This document shows positions 15,546 to 28,325 of a stretch of 64,000 bases of DNA, one piece after another. The DNA is from the human T2T-CHM13v2.0 reference genome, Homo sapiens. The notes below the pieces were generated by a model, which ran no database searches, was not told where the DNA came from, and was given only the letters and a program-made list of their open reading frames with translations. Position 1 is the first letter of the stretch, and each line of letters opens with the position of its first letter. The stretch is taken from assembly GCF_009914755.1 (NCBI RefSeq), contig NC_060931.1; one strand, given 5' to 3'. Position numbers and translations under genes: made by a program.

Positions 15546-15798
15546 GAGGCCAAGGCGGGTGGATCACCTGAGGTCAGGAGTTCAAGACCAGCCTAGGTGA
15601 CATGGTGAAACTCCATCTCTACTAAAAATACAAAAATTAGCTGGGCACGGTGGTGCGTGCCTGTAATCCCAGCTACTCAGGAGGCTGAGGCAGGAGAATC
15701 ACTTGAGCCCAGGAGGCAGAGGTTGCAGTGAGCCGAGATTGTGCGTGCACTCCAGTCTGGGCGACAGAGCAAGACTCCATTTCAAAAAAAAAAAAAAC
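15546..15798 (+). mobile_element. 5'-truncated AluS with 13-bp TSD
   Basis: Begins at (gg)gaggccaaggcgggtggatcacc; poly(A) tail; TSD ctgaaaacccagg at 15533-15545 and 15799-15811. Confidence 0.95.
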
Positions 15799-16408
15799 CT
15801 GAAAACCCAGGTTAAAGCAGTACATGCAACTTTTTCTTTGAATTCAAGCATTCCATTGCCTCCTTTTAAAAAAGACATGTTTTTTTTCTCCTTTCTTTAT
15901 CTTTTTTTTCTGTGCTGGTCAGGAAGTGAAATGATTCAATTCCTACCGAGGTTTCTTTTTCACAGAAAGAATGAAATATTTGTCCTCTACTAAAAACAGA
16001 AAAACTTTCAATTGGCATTCAAAGGGTAATCACACAATAAGGGCCTTATTAAAAGCCTGGAGCCCCGTTTACTCACTGTGGAGCCTGACTTGATTATTTG
16101 ATAATTAGAAACACCCTGCTAATGACTGGACTGGAGTCTTCCCTGAGGGAGTGCCCCCTTCAGGCAACGCATTATTTGTGATTACACTTTTGTCATTAAG
16201 AAGGTAAATTACTCACTTCTCTTTCCTCCCATATTCTTTCCAGATTTGCCTGAAATTTGTGGGAATCCAGAGAAGGCTGCCCTGTCTGGAGATACCCACA
16301 CACAGGCACATGTGCATACACATACATGCGTGCTTCTCCTCCATCCCAGTTAGTTGGCTGCTAAGGGTTTGCTGAATTTCCTGTCATTCTGAGGCTGTTT
16401 CACTTGCT

Positions 16409-16616
16409 CAGTGGTTCTCAGCTGGGTGCGTGGCAATGTCTGGAGTTGTGTTTGGTTATCAAACTGCAAAGAGGAGAGGAGCTACTGGCATCTAACTAGT
16501 GGAGGTCAGGGATGCTACTAAATCTATAATGCATAGAACCCCACCCCCGCACCCCCCACCTCGGCAAAGAATTATCTGGCTCAAAATGTCAACAACGCCA
16601 ATGCTGAGAAATACTG
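16409..16616 (+). mobile_element. MER20 (hAT-Charlie non-autonomous DNA transposon)
   Basis: TIR cagtggttctca...tgagaaatactg; internal tggcaatgtctggag, gctactggcatcta, aagaattatctggctcaaaatgtcaa. Confidence 0.85.
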
Positions 16617-16797
16617 CACTAATGATCAATTTAGTTTGAGATGACATGATCGATCTACGGGTTAATGTTCAGAATGAAAGCAGTAAGACAAAGGGGTATC
16701 AAATTCCTCTTACATCATTTTCCCTTCACCCCACCAAAAAATTATACCTGATTCACCCCAACTCTGCCTAAGCCAGTTTTCCACATGATATTGTAAG

Positions 16798-17117
16798 GTG
16801 GGGATCAGCAACCTACAGCTTAATGCATCTGCCACCTACTTTTGTACAGCCAACAAGCTATGACTGCTTGTTACGTGTTTAAATGGTTGAGAGGAAACAA
16901 AATGAATATTATCTGTGACCCATGAAAATTATGTGACATTTAAATTTAATATCCATAAATAAAATTTTACTGGGATCCAGCCACACCCACTTGTTTACAT
17001 ATTGGCCATTGTTACTTTTGCAATATAGCAGCAGATTAATTTTGACAGAGACTATATGGCCCCCAAAGCCTAAATATTTACTATCTGGCCTATGACAGAA
17101 AAGGTTTGCTGGCCTGT
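16798..17117 (+). mobile_element. MER58B-like hAT element
   Basis: ccataaataaaattttactgg...cagccacacccacttgtttacata...aaagcctaaatatttactatctggcc...aggtttgctg. Confidence 0.8.
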
Positions 17118-17899
17118 ACTATAAAACCCAAAACCAATTATGTGCCCTGCACAAAAGACAGACTCAATGATTCCTGGAGGTCCCAGGTCCCACTTTGATT
17201 AGGAAAGGTGCATAAATAATGCTGCACTGTTTCTACATTTGCTACCCTCAGATATCACCAGATTGGTGGGAGGTCACTTACACACAAGTTATTTGTTTTT
17301 CTAATCTTACCACAGTTATAACTTTCTTGCCCCAATAAAACTCATCATGTGGTTTCAAAGCTGGGCTTTCCTCTCAATTTCCTTCCCCAGCATTAGCCTG
17401 AATCGATGATACAAAACCAGAAAGAGAAGACAGAAGGGTCTGATTTATCCTCCAACTGGATCCTCAGCCATGAGTAATTGAAAGAAAAACATAGGTGCAC
17501 CCTAGCCGCAAATTCTCAGACATCCCCTGACTCCCCGCCGAGATTGACAGTCCTCTCCCTATTTCAGAAATAGTTTGAACTATTCTCCTTCCCCAGAAAA
17601 AAAGGGTATTTAGGGATGTTACCCACACAGACAGAAAGAGGTTAGCTGGAACAGGGTTCTACAAACACAGGGATTAATGCTGTTTAACCTCACCAATTTA
17701 AAATGTAAAGGAATACACGCAAAAAGCCTGCCCCTGGCACTGTGCATGCCAAAGGAGTTAAGCAACCCCACATGCATGTATTCTAGTTTGGAGACATGAC
17801 AAGGACACACATAGAAGGCTGTGAGGATGCAGAAGAGGGAGAGATCATTTCTGGATTTGGAGATGATAGTGATAAGGAGGAAGTGGGGCAAGAGGAGAG

Positions 17900-18095
17900 C
17901 ATCATCATTTATTGGTGTCAGAAGTACTCTGAGCACTTTACATAGATCTTCACAGTAACTCAAAATGTTGATAGTGTTCAACCCGTTTTATAGATGGAAA
18001 AACTGAACTTCAAGACGTTAAGTAACTTGCCTAAGGGCACAGAGCCAGTAAGGTAGTGGAGCAAGGATTCGAAGCACATCTGTCTGACTGCTCTT
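17900..18095 (-). mobile_element. MIR fragment
   Basis: ttttatagatggaaaaactgaa...gttaagtaacttgcctaaggg...ggattcgaa. Confidence 0.75.
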
Positions 18096-18510
18096 CTCCA
18101 TGTTGAGGGGATTTTGTCATTGAGAAAGTAAATTACTCACTTCTCTTTCCTCCCATTTTCTTTCTAGAGTTTTTGCCTTAAAATTGTGGGAATCCAGGGA
18201 AGACTGCCACAGCAGAGGCAGGATGTGAACAGGCCTGGATGAGTAGGATACAGATTGGAAAACCAAAGGGGAAAAAAACATTCTAAATAGGATAAAGGGA
18301 TATGAATAAAAGAACAACTCTGGAATGGGTGTGTTACATTAGGGATGGTTCAGAGACAGAATAGAGGAGTCTCTTGGAAGCGAGTTTACACAGGGCAGAT
18401 AATACTCAAAGGTTTGATGAGGCCCAAACATTGCCAAATGCAACCATTGTTAGGAATCGATTTTGCAAAGTCTTGACATTTGACATTGAGTCCATGTGGA
18501 AGGAATGTGC

Positions 18511-19144
18511 TACAGTAATAGCAGCTTTATTCATGACTGCCAACACTTGCAAGCAACCAAGATGTCCTTCAATATGTAAATAGATCAAACCAATACAACC
18601 ATGTGATGGCTGTACTTATTCACTGATGAAAAGAGCTATCAAGCCACCAAGATACCTGGAGGAAACAAATGCATACTGCTAAGTGAAAGAAGTTCATCTT
18701 AGAAGAACTAAGAAAGAAGCTACATACTGTGTGACTTCAACTATATGACATTTGGGAAAAAGCAAAACTATGGAGACTGTAAAAAGACCAGTGGTTGTCA
18801 CAATTACAGGAAGAGTAGGATGAAGAGGCAGAGGATTTTTAGGGCAGTGGAACTATTCTGTACAATACTATAATGGCAGATACGTGGCATTATACATTTG
18901 TCAAACCCATAGGATGCACAACACAGAGAATGAACCCTAATGTAAACTATGAACTTTAGTTAATAATATGTCAATATTGGCTCATCAATTGTAACAAATG
19001 TGCCACACTAATGCCAGATAGTAAAAACAGGGGAATTTGGGGTGGGTGGAAGAGGGGACCTATGAGAACTCTATGTACTTTTGGTTCAATTTTTTCTGTA
19101 AACTGAAAACTGCTCCAAACAAATATTAATTAAAATTTTAAAAG
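18511..19144 (+). mobile_element. L1MC-type 3' fragment
   Basis: atagcagctttattcatgactgcc...gcaaccaagatgtccttca...gaaccctaatgtaaactatg...ttttctgtaaactgaaaactgctc. Confidence 0.8.
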
Positions 19145-22100
19145 TTACTGGACCCAGATTCTAGACCTGTCTCTGACTTTGAGCAAATCACAGCCTCTCT
19201 GGGTCTTATGGACCAAGAGATTAGTGCGTGACCCGCTACCATAGGACATCCTATGACTGGAATAATGTATATTTGTCCAACTTACTCTTTTCATTGAAGA
19301 GTGAAAGAGAGATGGAGGGTGCTTGGGCCTCAGGCTCATGAATGTAAGCCCTGAGGGTTTCTGGGTATTTGCAGCAGTGGATCAGGATCCTTGAGATCAC
19401 TTCCCTCTAGCACATGAGGTCACTTTGCATTTAGGGGCCCCAATACCAATGTGTTTGTGGTGTGGTCCTGGTTTGTTTAGAATGGTTACCAAATCCCAAC
19501 TTCTTCAAACATTTTTTAAAGTGATGATTATTTTGCGGCATGATAGAAACTGACACCCACAAAATGTGTTGACTTTAATGAAGTAGATGTGAGAATTAAA
19601 ACATCTTCCTTTCCACACCCAGCTTCTGAGCTTGTGTGCTGAGCTGCCTGACAGAAAGTTGGCCTCTGCAGGCCCCGCAGCTGCCATAGAAATGGCAGTG
19701 TGACTGGCAGCTCTCAGCAGTGTGTCCAGGATGTACTAATATTTACCAGAAGAGGCGGCCTCTGGTGTCACTGAGTCCCCACTCACCTCATGTGACTGCT
19801 GCTTCCCAGCCTGCTTCACAGAGTTGGCCCAGAGGAGGGTGTGGTCTGAGTTTGCATCAGAGATCTGGTTTTACCTTAACCCCTCAAAAATCACAATTAT
19901 ATTTAGCAGATCTCAGCAGGCATAGTATAAACAATAAAAACCAACCTTTAAGGATATTGTTCACAAAGGATGTAAATGCCAAGTAAGATGGGTAATTTAA
20001 CTTTACATATATATGGATGGAAACATATATGGCTTTTAGATTGTGCCTGAATTTTCTACATATACAAACACACATACTTTTTAAACAGTTTGGGTACAGA
20101 AAATAATATCACCAACTTTTACTTGTGTGTGAACTTTGTAGACACAAAACTTAAACAGATGTGCATGTTTATGATTTTTAAAGATGCACATATGTAAAAC
20201 ATTCAATAGTATATTTGTTCACACAGTTGATTTAACTGAAAGACCCTGTATTTACATGTTTTAATTGTGTTATGTGAGACAGTGATACGTATATTATGTA
20301 TGTTGACATTTATGATTGAAAACCAAGTGGCTCGGTAAAAGTGAGTTCTTCATGTGTTCTGAAACTGTTCCAGACCTAAAAGTTATGCACCACTTAGGAA
20401 GGGCTAAGGAATAGGAGGGGAGCTGAATGTGGATTGATTCCAAAATACTTCATGAAGGTAAATCATACGAAATTAAACTTAAAATGTTTAAATTCCCTGC
20501 TCCACACAAATCGCAAACTCTGAGGCTATTTTTCTCATTCAGAGAAAGCAAGCAGCCTTCTGCTTCTGTTGATGTGTGACATTTGAAAGAAGAGTGGAGT
20601 CTGGGACTGGGGACGGGAGGTGGGCAGGCGTCTATGGAGGCTCCTCCATCCAACACTTCTCAACGAGGATTCCAGGAGGCCCAGCCTGTAAATGCTTGTA
20701 TTGTCTTCCCGCTCTGCAGTCACGGGCAGCTGAACATTTTGCTTGGTACGTCCACAGAAGTTTTCTTCTTGCATGCAAGATTTGGGGTTTTAATACCCGC
20801 TGCGTTTGGAAAAATTCTAAAATCAGAAATGATGTGGTCTGAAGTGTTGACATGTTTGGCCCCATATGGACTACACAGCTCAGAGAAATGAAGTGGCACA
20901 TTTATCAAGTCTCAAGTTTGGGGTCCCATATAGATTTATTTGAGCCACACTGGCCAGAGGTGACTGAGCCTCTACAGTCCTTAACGTGCTTATGTTTTTT
21001 ATTGTCCTCTCCAGCTGTATAAGTGCCTCTGCCCTTTGGAACACAGTATTAACGGCACTGACAATTCTGCTCATTTCCCCTCTTTTTATCAGTAATTCAG
21101 CCTTATGAATCCAATAAATATCAGCCTAGGCTTGAATTATACATTGGTGAATTCTTTATCTGTCCTTTTGCTAGTTTTCCACAGCTTTGGAGCAAATTAT
21201 CATACCTAGTGCGACATACTTGGCATGGAACAGTGTCCCTAGGGAAACTCTGGTAAAGTTATGAGGTCATATCAAGTCAATCTAGAAATACAAGCAGTAG
21301 TACCAATCTTCAAATGCAGAAACTAGAGGCTCTCTCAGAACTTACAATTGCTCTCCATTTTATAATTCCAATGAACATAGAAACAATCAAGGCTAAGGAA
21401 TTTTCTGCTCCACTCTGCAGAGCTGCGTAGTGCCCGGGTCGGTGTGAGGGGCACCAGGAAAGGGGATTTATGTCTCTTTGCCTTTACCCCTAATTCTCAC
21501 CTTGACCATATCCAGTAAAATCCGCAAGTAAAATCTAGCAAGCTCCAGTGAAATCAGGTTAAAATAATCACATGGGTAGCTTTCAGGAGGCTTAAGGTAA
21601 CTGGGGCAAGTTTGTACGCATAGGAACTTCAGGCCGCTTCTAGTACCAGTTCCTCAGTCACAGCCCAGAACCAGCCCCACCTCCAGCCTGGGCCACCACT
21701 GTGGCTCCACTGGGGGGCCCAGTTTCACAAAGCCATAACTGTGTCCTCTCAACATTTAGAGAAACCAAGAGGCAAGCTCTAAACAACCTGTAAGGACAAA
21801 GTACACAATAGGAACGCAAAAAATTGGGAGGGAAAGCAGGCATTCAGAAGATTGTGTCAAATAAGCAGATTTCTGTAATAGTGGAAAGATAGAGTCAGAA
21901 GTAGGAGAATGTATGATGAAGGGGTAGGGGTGTGTGTTGCAAGAGAAAAATGATATTCTCTCTTAACCTTTTCTTTTGTCCCTCCCCCAACTGTTCTGCA
22001 ACCTGCCAAAGGGGAATTAGCAAAGAAATAGACCTGCTCCTATCACACAGGTAATGCCAAGAAGCCCATGGAGAGAAAAGGGGAAGACCAGGAGGCCAGG

Positions 22101-22257
22101 CCCACCTTTCCACCATATTTGAGCATCACCACCACCGCTGTCAATCACTACTACCAAAGTTTCTTTCTCTACACCTTTTAGGGGATAGGACAAGTTTTGT
22201 CTGAGAGCAAAGTTTTAAATCTGAGGGAAAGACAATCACTACGGATTTCAAGAGGAC

Positions 22258-22301
22258 TAAATGTCTTAGCAGCTTGCAGTTAAATGTCTTAGCTTGCAGT
22301 T
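22258..22301. repeat. Short imperfect tandem duplication (23/20 bp)
   Basis: taaatgtcttagcagcttgcagt then taaatgtcttagcttgcagt. Confidence 0.85.
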
Positions 22302-23234
22302 TCCCCTGAGCAGCTGCAGCTCTTGTGGTTGCCCCAGAGGTTGCAGATGGAAGGAGCCCACCGCTCCTGCAGGGCTTAGCACGTGGCTGGTCACTGCCTC
22401 GGTGGGGTCGATCAGGCCCCCTCTCTCTGCCATTCTGGGAAAAGTATCTATCATGGTTCTTTCCACACTGATTTTATTCAGGAGTTTCTACTTTAATCCT
22501 CACGTCTTTGCCCTCTTGTTTTGCCTGTAAAGAACTTCTCCGTAAGGCCTGGTTTTCCCTCCTTTTTCAATGTGAGCCTCAGCATCTTCTGCTCTTTGCT
22601 GCCCCACCAAATCTCCCTCTGTGGCACCAACCTGCCATCACACACATTGTCAGAGGTGGCATTGGGCAACGCAACTTCAGAGTTCCTTGTCCTGCTGATC
22701 TCTGAGAATCCATGGGGCACATTCCACAGGACACTGGAGATGTGTCTTGAGGAGGGGGAGATGCTGTGTGCCACATTCCACTCTTGGGTGGAATTCTGTA
22801 GTGCTCATTAGTCCACATTGAAGGTCCTAAGGCTTCTCACTGTTAAGTGGCCTGCTTAACTGCCCATAAATTGGTGTTGCACCAACTTGTTTTACCATGG
22901 CCCTTGCCTTTTGAGTCATACCTTCTACCATTTTGCAGAACTGCTGCTCTGAGGATCATGTCTCAGGAAATGTTGCTGATCCACATGGAGGGTCTACCCA
23001 GGAGCCAAGTGCTTGTTATGTGCCATGCTTCAGGAAACAAACTCCCTTTCTGTCCTCCTTGCCTTCTCTTTGACTCAAGCACACAGCAATTCCTGTTCAG
23101 GCCCAAGATGCAGATCTAGAATTACCAGCCCTGGGATCCCAGCCCCAACTCAATGTACTACTGCTACTACCCAAAGAACTCCAGGAGGTTCCTCCTGTCT
23201 GCTTTAATGTAGCAAAGACTGATGGTTGTCCTAC

Positions 23235-24058
<824 letters not shown>

Positions 24059-24959
24059 TTTGGTTCCTCTCTTCAGCTAACCCCTCAGACCTCTCAAGAA
24101 CAAACTGAAAGCACAGATCATTTCCTAGAACAACCTCTCAGAAAGTCATCTTGACTGGGAACAAGTTAGCCTCAGGATGACCCCACTGGAATTCCTCTCC
24201 TGATGACCATCAGCCCCCTGTATCCAGACCCTCTGTCACTCAAGACCTTTTTTGAGGAGATGGGGAGATGGGGCTGGCTGGGGAAGTCTCCACACCACAG
24301 TGATTTGCACATCAGCAGATCCAACTGGGTGGTCTAGTCTAAGTGGCCATATGTTTTCCCACTGTTTGCCCCAAATAGCCATTCCCTGAGTTTTCCAAAT
24401 TTTTAGTCTTCATGTGTTCACTTGGCTGTGTTCCCATTCACTGTTGGTGCCTTTCCCACAAGAACCATCCAATTTGTTCATTATCATATACACACCATCT
24501 ATTCTGAAGGACCTCAGCGTGATTTGGTTCCAATTCAACCTCACACAACTTCTAAGTTAACAAAGATATTCTAATCTACTACCACGGTCCTGCCAGTCTA
24601 TTCCATGTTTAAATCCTTGGTGCCAAGGCTAGTAATTCAAACAAAGGCACAACTCAGGCTATGTCACCCACAGATACCGCCTGAGCTGGGCAAGCCCTGG
24701 ACCAGCGATCGTTGGCTGGAATTTGGTTCTCTGCACAAAACCAAAGCATGCTAATGTAGCAACCCGATGTGTGTGCTTCCAGTTTTGATGAATTTTTCTT
24801 CATCTCTGCTTATGAGATACATGAATAAAGATTAATTATATATCATGACAGTAAAACTAGGCAACTCTGTATATATACAAACGTGGTTATCAGCCTTTTT
24901 GTTTGTACCCTTATTGTAGCAGATATCCAATGCCTGGAATTAGAAGAGTTCACGGCATA

Positions 24960-25023
24960 TGCTTGTCCTCTGCCATTAGACTGTGAAGTGCTTGTCCTCT
25001 GTCATTAGACTGTGAAGTGCTTG
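24960..25023. repeat. 29-bp tandem duplication
   Basis: tgcttgtcctctg(c/t)cattagactgtgaag x2 plus a partial third copy. Confidence 0.9.
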
Positions 25024-25069
25024 CAGCACCTTTACATCCTCTGCAGTACCTAGCTTCATGCAGCAGTTG

Positions 25070-25250
25070 AGGAAAAGCAAGTGTGTTGGACTCGCATGGA
25101 CTTGGCCTGAAATTTTGAATAGCTGTGTAATTCTAAGTGAATTACTTAATCTTGCCAAGTCTCAATTTCCTCATCCAAAAAAAAACAGGGATAATAATAC
25201 ATACCTCTTAGGTTGTGCTGAAGATTACATTAAATAGTGTATAAGGCTGA
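25070..25250 (+). mobile_element. MIR fragment
   Basis: tagctgtgtaa...ttacttaatc...tctcaatttcctcatcc...gggataataatacatacctc. Confidence 0.7.
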
Positions 25251-25399
25251 TAGCAAGTGGGAGCTGTGACTAAGTCATAGTGACACAAGTGTTAAGTGCT
25301 CAAGAAATACCTAATCAAATGGAGTTTTCAAGAAGCAAGACCCCCATGTCCATAATCTATTAATTATCCTATATATCACTAGGTCCCCTCTCTAAGATA

Positions 25400-25830
25400 T
25401 TGAGTCATTTGTTATTTGTTCAGCCAAAAAGCATTAAGCATACATTACCTGCCAAGTGTTAAAAGAAGCTAGGGATACTGAGATATATTTGACATAGTCC
25501 TTGCCCTCACGGTGATTAGAATCTAGTAAAGAAACAGAAAGGTAAACCAGTAAGTGCTATAAAAAGTTATAGATGCTGTGCTAGAAGTGTTCTAGAATTC
25601 ACGGAGTTCCCAAAGAAGGGAGTAGTCTGCTCTACTTGGAGCAGGTGTGAAGATGGCAAAGTCATGAAAGTCTTCAAGAAGTGGTGATTCTCAAACTGAG
25701 ACTTGAAAAATAGATTGGTATGGGGCAGGCAAACCATCCTCAGCACAAATTAGTGTGAGCAGAGGCAATGGAAAGAAGTGCATTAGGCTGGTTTTGGGGG
25801 GAAACAGTAAATAATTCCTCATGGCTTAGG
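25400..25830 (-). mobile_element. L2 fragment
   Basis: gctagggatactgag...gacatagtccttgccctca...aaactgagacttgaa. Confidence 0.6.
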
Positions 25831-27619
25831 GTCAACAGAGGAGAGGACACCTGGGTGAGAGTTTGAGTTGGAAATGGGGTATAGGCCACCTAGGGAGGTT
25901 AGTCTTGATTAGTGGCAGGGAGTTTACTCAGCAAATTCCAGTCACCATCCAAGGGAGACGGACAGATACCCAGAGAAGGAACGAGGTGACACCACAATGG
26001 CCTGGTTTTCTACTATCCAGAGACAATGGAGCAATGTCTATACATCTAGGTTATAGGGCCCTGGTCTTGTGCACTCTCACAAATCCCCAGCAATATTCCA
26101 TGTTCTGGTCCATCCCTTCCACTAACAGGCGTCACCTACCTGGTGTTTCCCTTTCCTTAGGAGTCAGTTCTCTGCTAGATGATAGTTAATTGTATAATTT
26201 TTAAAATCTCAAACATCTCAGTACACATCAGTGTACATTATTTATCCCAAGTTATAGACTTGCACTTGAACAGGGACTTTCTGGGCTAATACTTTAAACC
26301 AAATGGACAAAAACTCTAGTGGCAGAATTTCAAGCACTCTGGCACCTCTGTGAATGTGAGATTTTTGTACAGGAAAGTGGTGTTTTACCACCAGTCTTAG
26401 GCTGTGGGATCAGCTCCTTCCTTCGTGTTTGTTGCCAACAAAAGGGTTTACAGAAAAAGAAAATAATTTGCCCTTGCAAAGACTGTGAAAACAGTCATAT
26501 TTATAAGCACAATTACATACACTTCTGACTCTATCCCAGTGGCCAGTATATGGTAGCTGCCTAACATATGACCAAAGAAGGAAGAAGAAAAAAGAAAGGG
26601 AGGAAAGAAGAAAGGAAATAAGGTTGTCCATAATCTTTTTTAACATGGCTTCCAGCATAAAACTTGGTAACTAAAAACAGATATTTTTTCATTCCTAAGG
26701 GGGCAGGGCAAGGGACATAGATATCCAATTTATTACCACTAAGATTTTTATCCTAAAATTTGAAATATTTTGAGTGTACAAAAAGCTTCATGTTGTATGC
26801 TCTTTATTGGATGCATGGATCTATGTTTATGGAAAGTTTTAACGGTTGCAAAGTCAAATTGCAAAAACGATTCATTTTTGTAGAGATCTTGATATATCAT
26901 ACTGCATTCTAATAAAATTTTCAATACTGGCAGTAACGTAGATTATAATACTAATGTTTCCCACGGGATCCCATGATCATAACTCCTTTGGTAAATGTCC
27001 TAGAGTTAAGGTGAATGCACCAAAGAGCTGTAACTCACTGACATTTAATATTGGCTAATGCAATATGAAAAATTCGGCAGCAAATACAGGCTGTAGAGAA
27101 ACACTCCTTCAAGATTTGGAGTCCATGTCACTCAAAAAATGTTTTCTCCTCATATTCTGAGATTAATGCAGTTCTGACACTTTCCTCACAGATACACGAT
27201 GATTTAGGAAAGACAACAAGAAAGTCATGGAGATAACAGATGAATGGGACCTTCAAGCAGTAACATTGTGACAAGAAATGAAACTTGAACTCTTTGAACA
27301 GAATTTTTCCAGGAAAGCCCTTTCAAACTCTTGAAAGGGAAACATCAAAGTCTGAAGGGCAGATACGAAAAAAGTTTCCCCTCTTACACCAAAGTGACAC
27401 AAATTCAATCTGACACACATTTATAGTGAATTTTGTGTGCCAACAAAGATAAAAAGGAAAAGGATACGTGGTTGTCCTCAAGGAACTTATTACAATTATC
27501 TCTCAGCTGACTGGGACCTCTGTTTTCTGAATATTGTTCCCTTCTATCCTCTGCCTACTTCAAAAAGGACTGAAGTGGTACAGGATTTTTCAAAGTACTC
27601 TTTAAGATGCTCAATTTCT

Positions 27620-28325
27620 GTCAAAATATTAGGAAACACAAATGGTAACTGCCATGAGAAAACATTTTTTCACCAATCAGTGTGGCAAAGATCAAGAGGT
27701 TTAAAAACAGAATCTGTTGGTAAGAGCGTGGAGCAACAGGCACTCTCAGACATTTCTGGTGGGCATGGAAAGAGATATGACCATTACAGAAAGCAACCTG
27801 GTGATGCTTACCTGAAGTTTAAATTCATTACAAGGTGATCCAACAACTCTTCTTCTGGAAATTTATTGCCCTTTACAAGTACTTTACTCGTGTGAAATGA
27901 TGGATGTTAGGTATATTTGTGGCACCACATATATTCTGAATATGTCCATAGGCACATGCATATTGACACATATATTCTGAATAAGCAGAAGCTATAATAA
28001 CTGAGGAATCTCTATATGAGCTCATACGGAACCAGAGCCAGATATATTTCTAGGAGAAACAAACAAGGTGCAGAAAGACCTTATGGTGTGTTCCTATTTA
28101 CATTTAAATAGGTGCTGTGGGTGTGTGTATAGAGAAAGAGCCATGTTGTGCATAAAATATCTCTGGAAGACGACACAAGAAACTGAACACGGTGGCTCCT
28201 CTAGGGAGGGTGAGAGGGTGGCTGGGTCCCTGGGATAGAAGGGAGACTTACTGTTCATTATCTACCATCCTTTTGTATCTTTTGTACTAGGTGCCTCTAT
28301 TACCAATTCAAATAATTAAATTTAA
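27620..28325 (+). mobile_element. L1ME-type 3' fragment
   Basis: ttcaccaatcagtgtggcaaaga...gtggagcaacaggcactctca...tctctggaagacgacacaagaaactg. Confidence 0.7.

Noticed and set aside
21707-21718. CTCF-like motif ccactggggggc (and ccactaggggc near 63964)
   Set aside because: Both are imperfect matches that cannot be supported without ChIP data.
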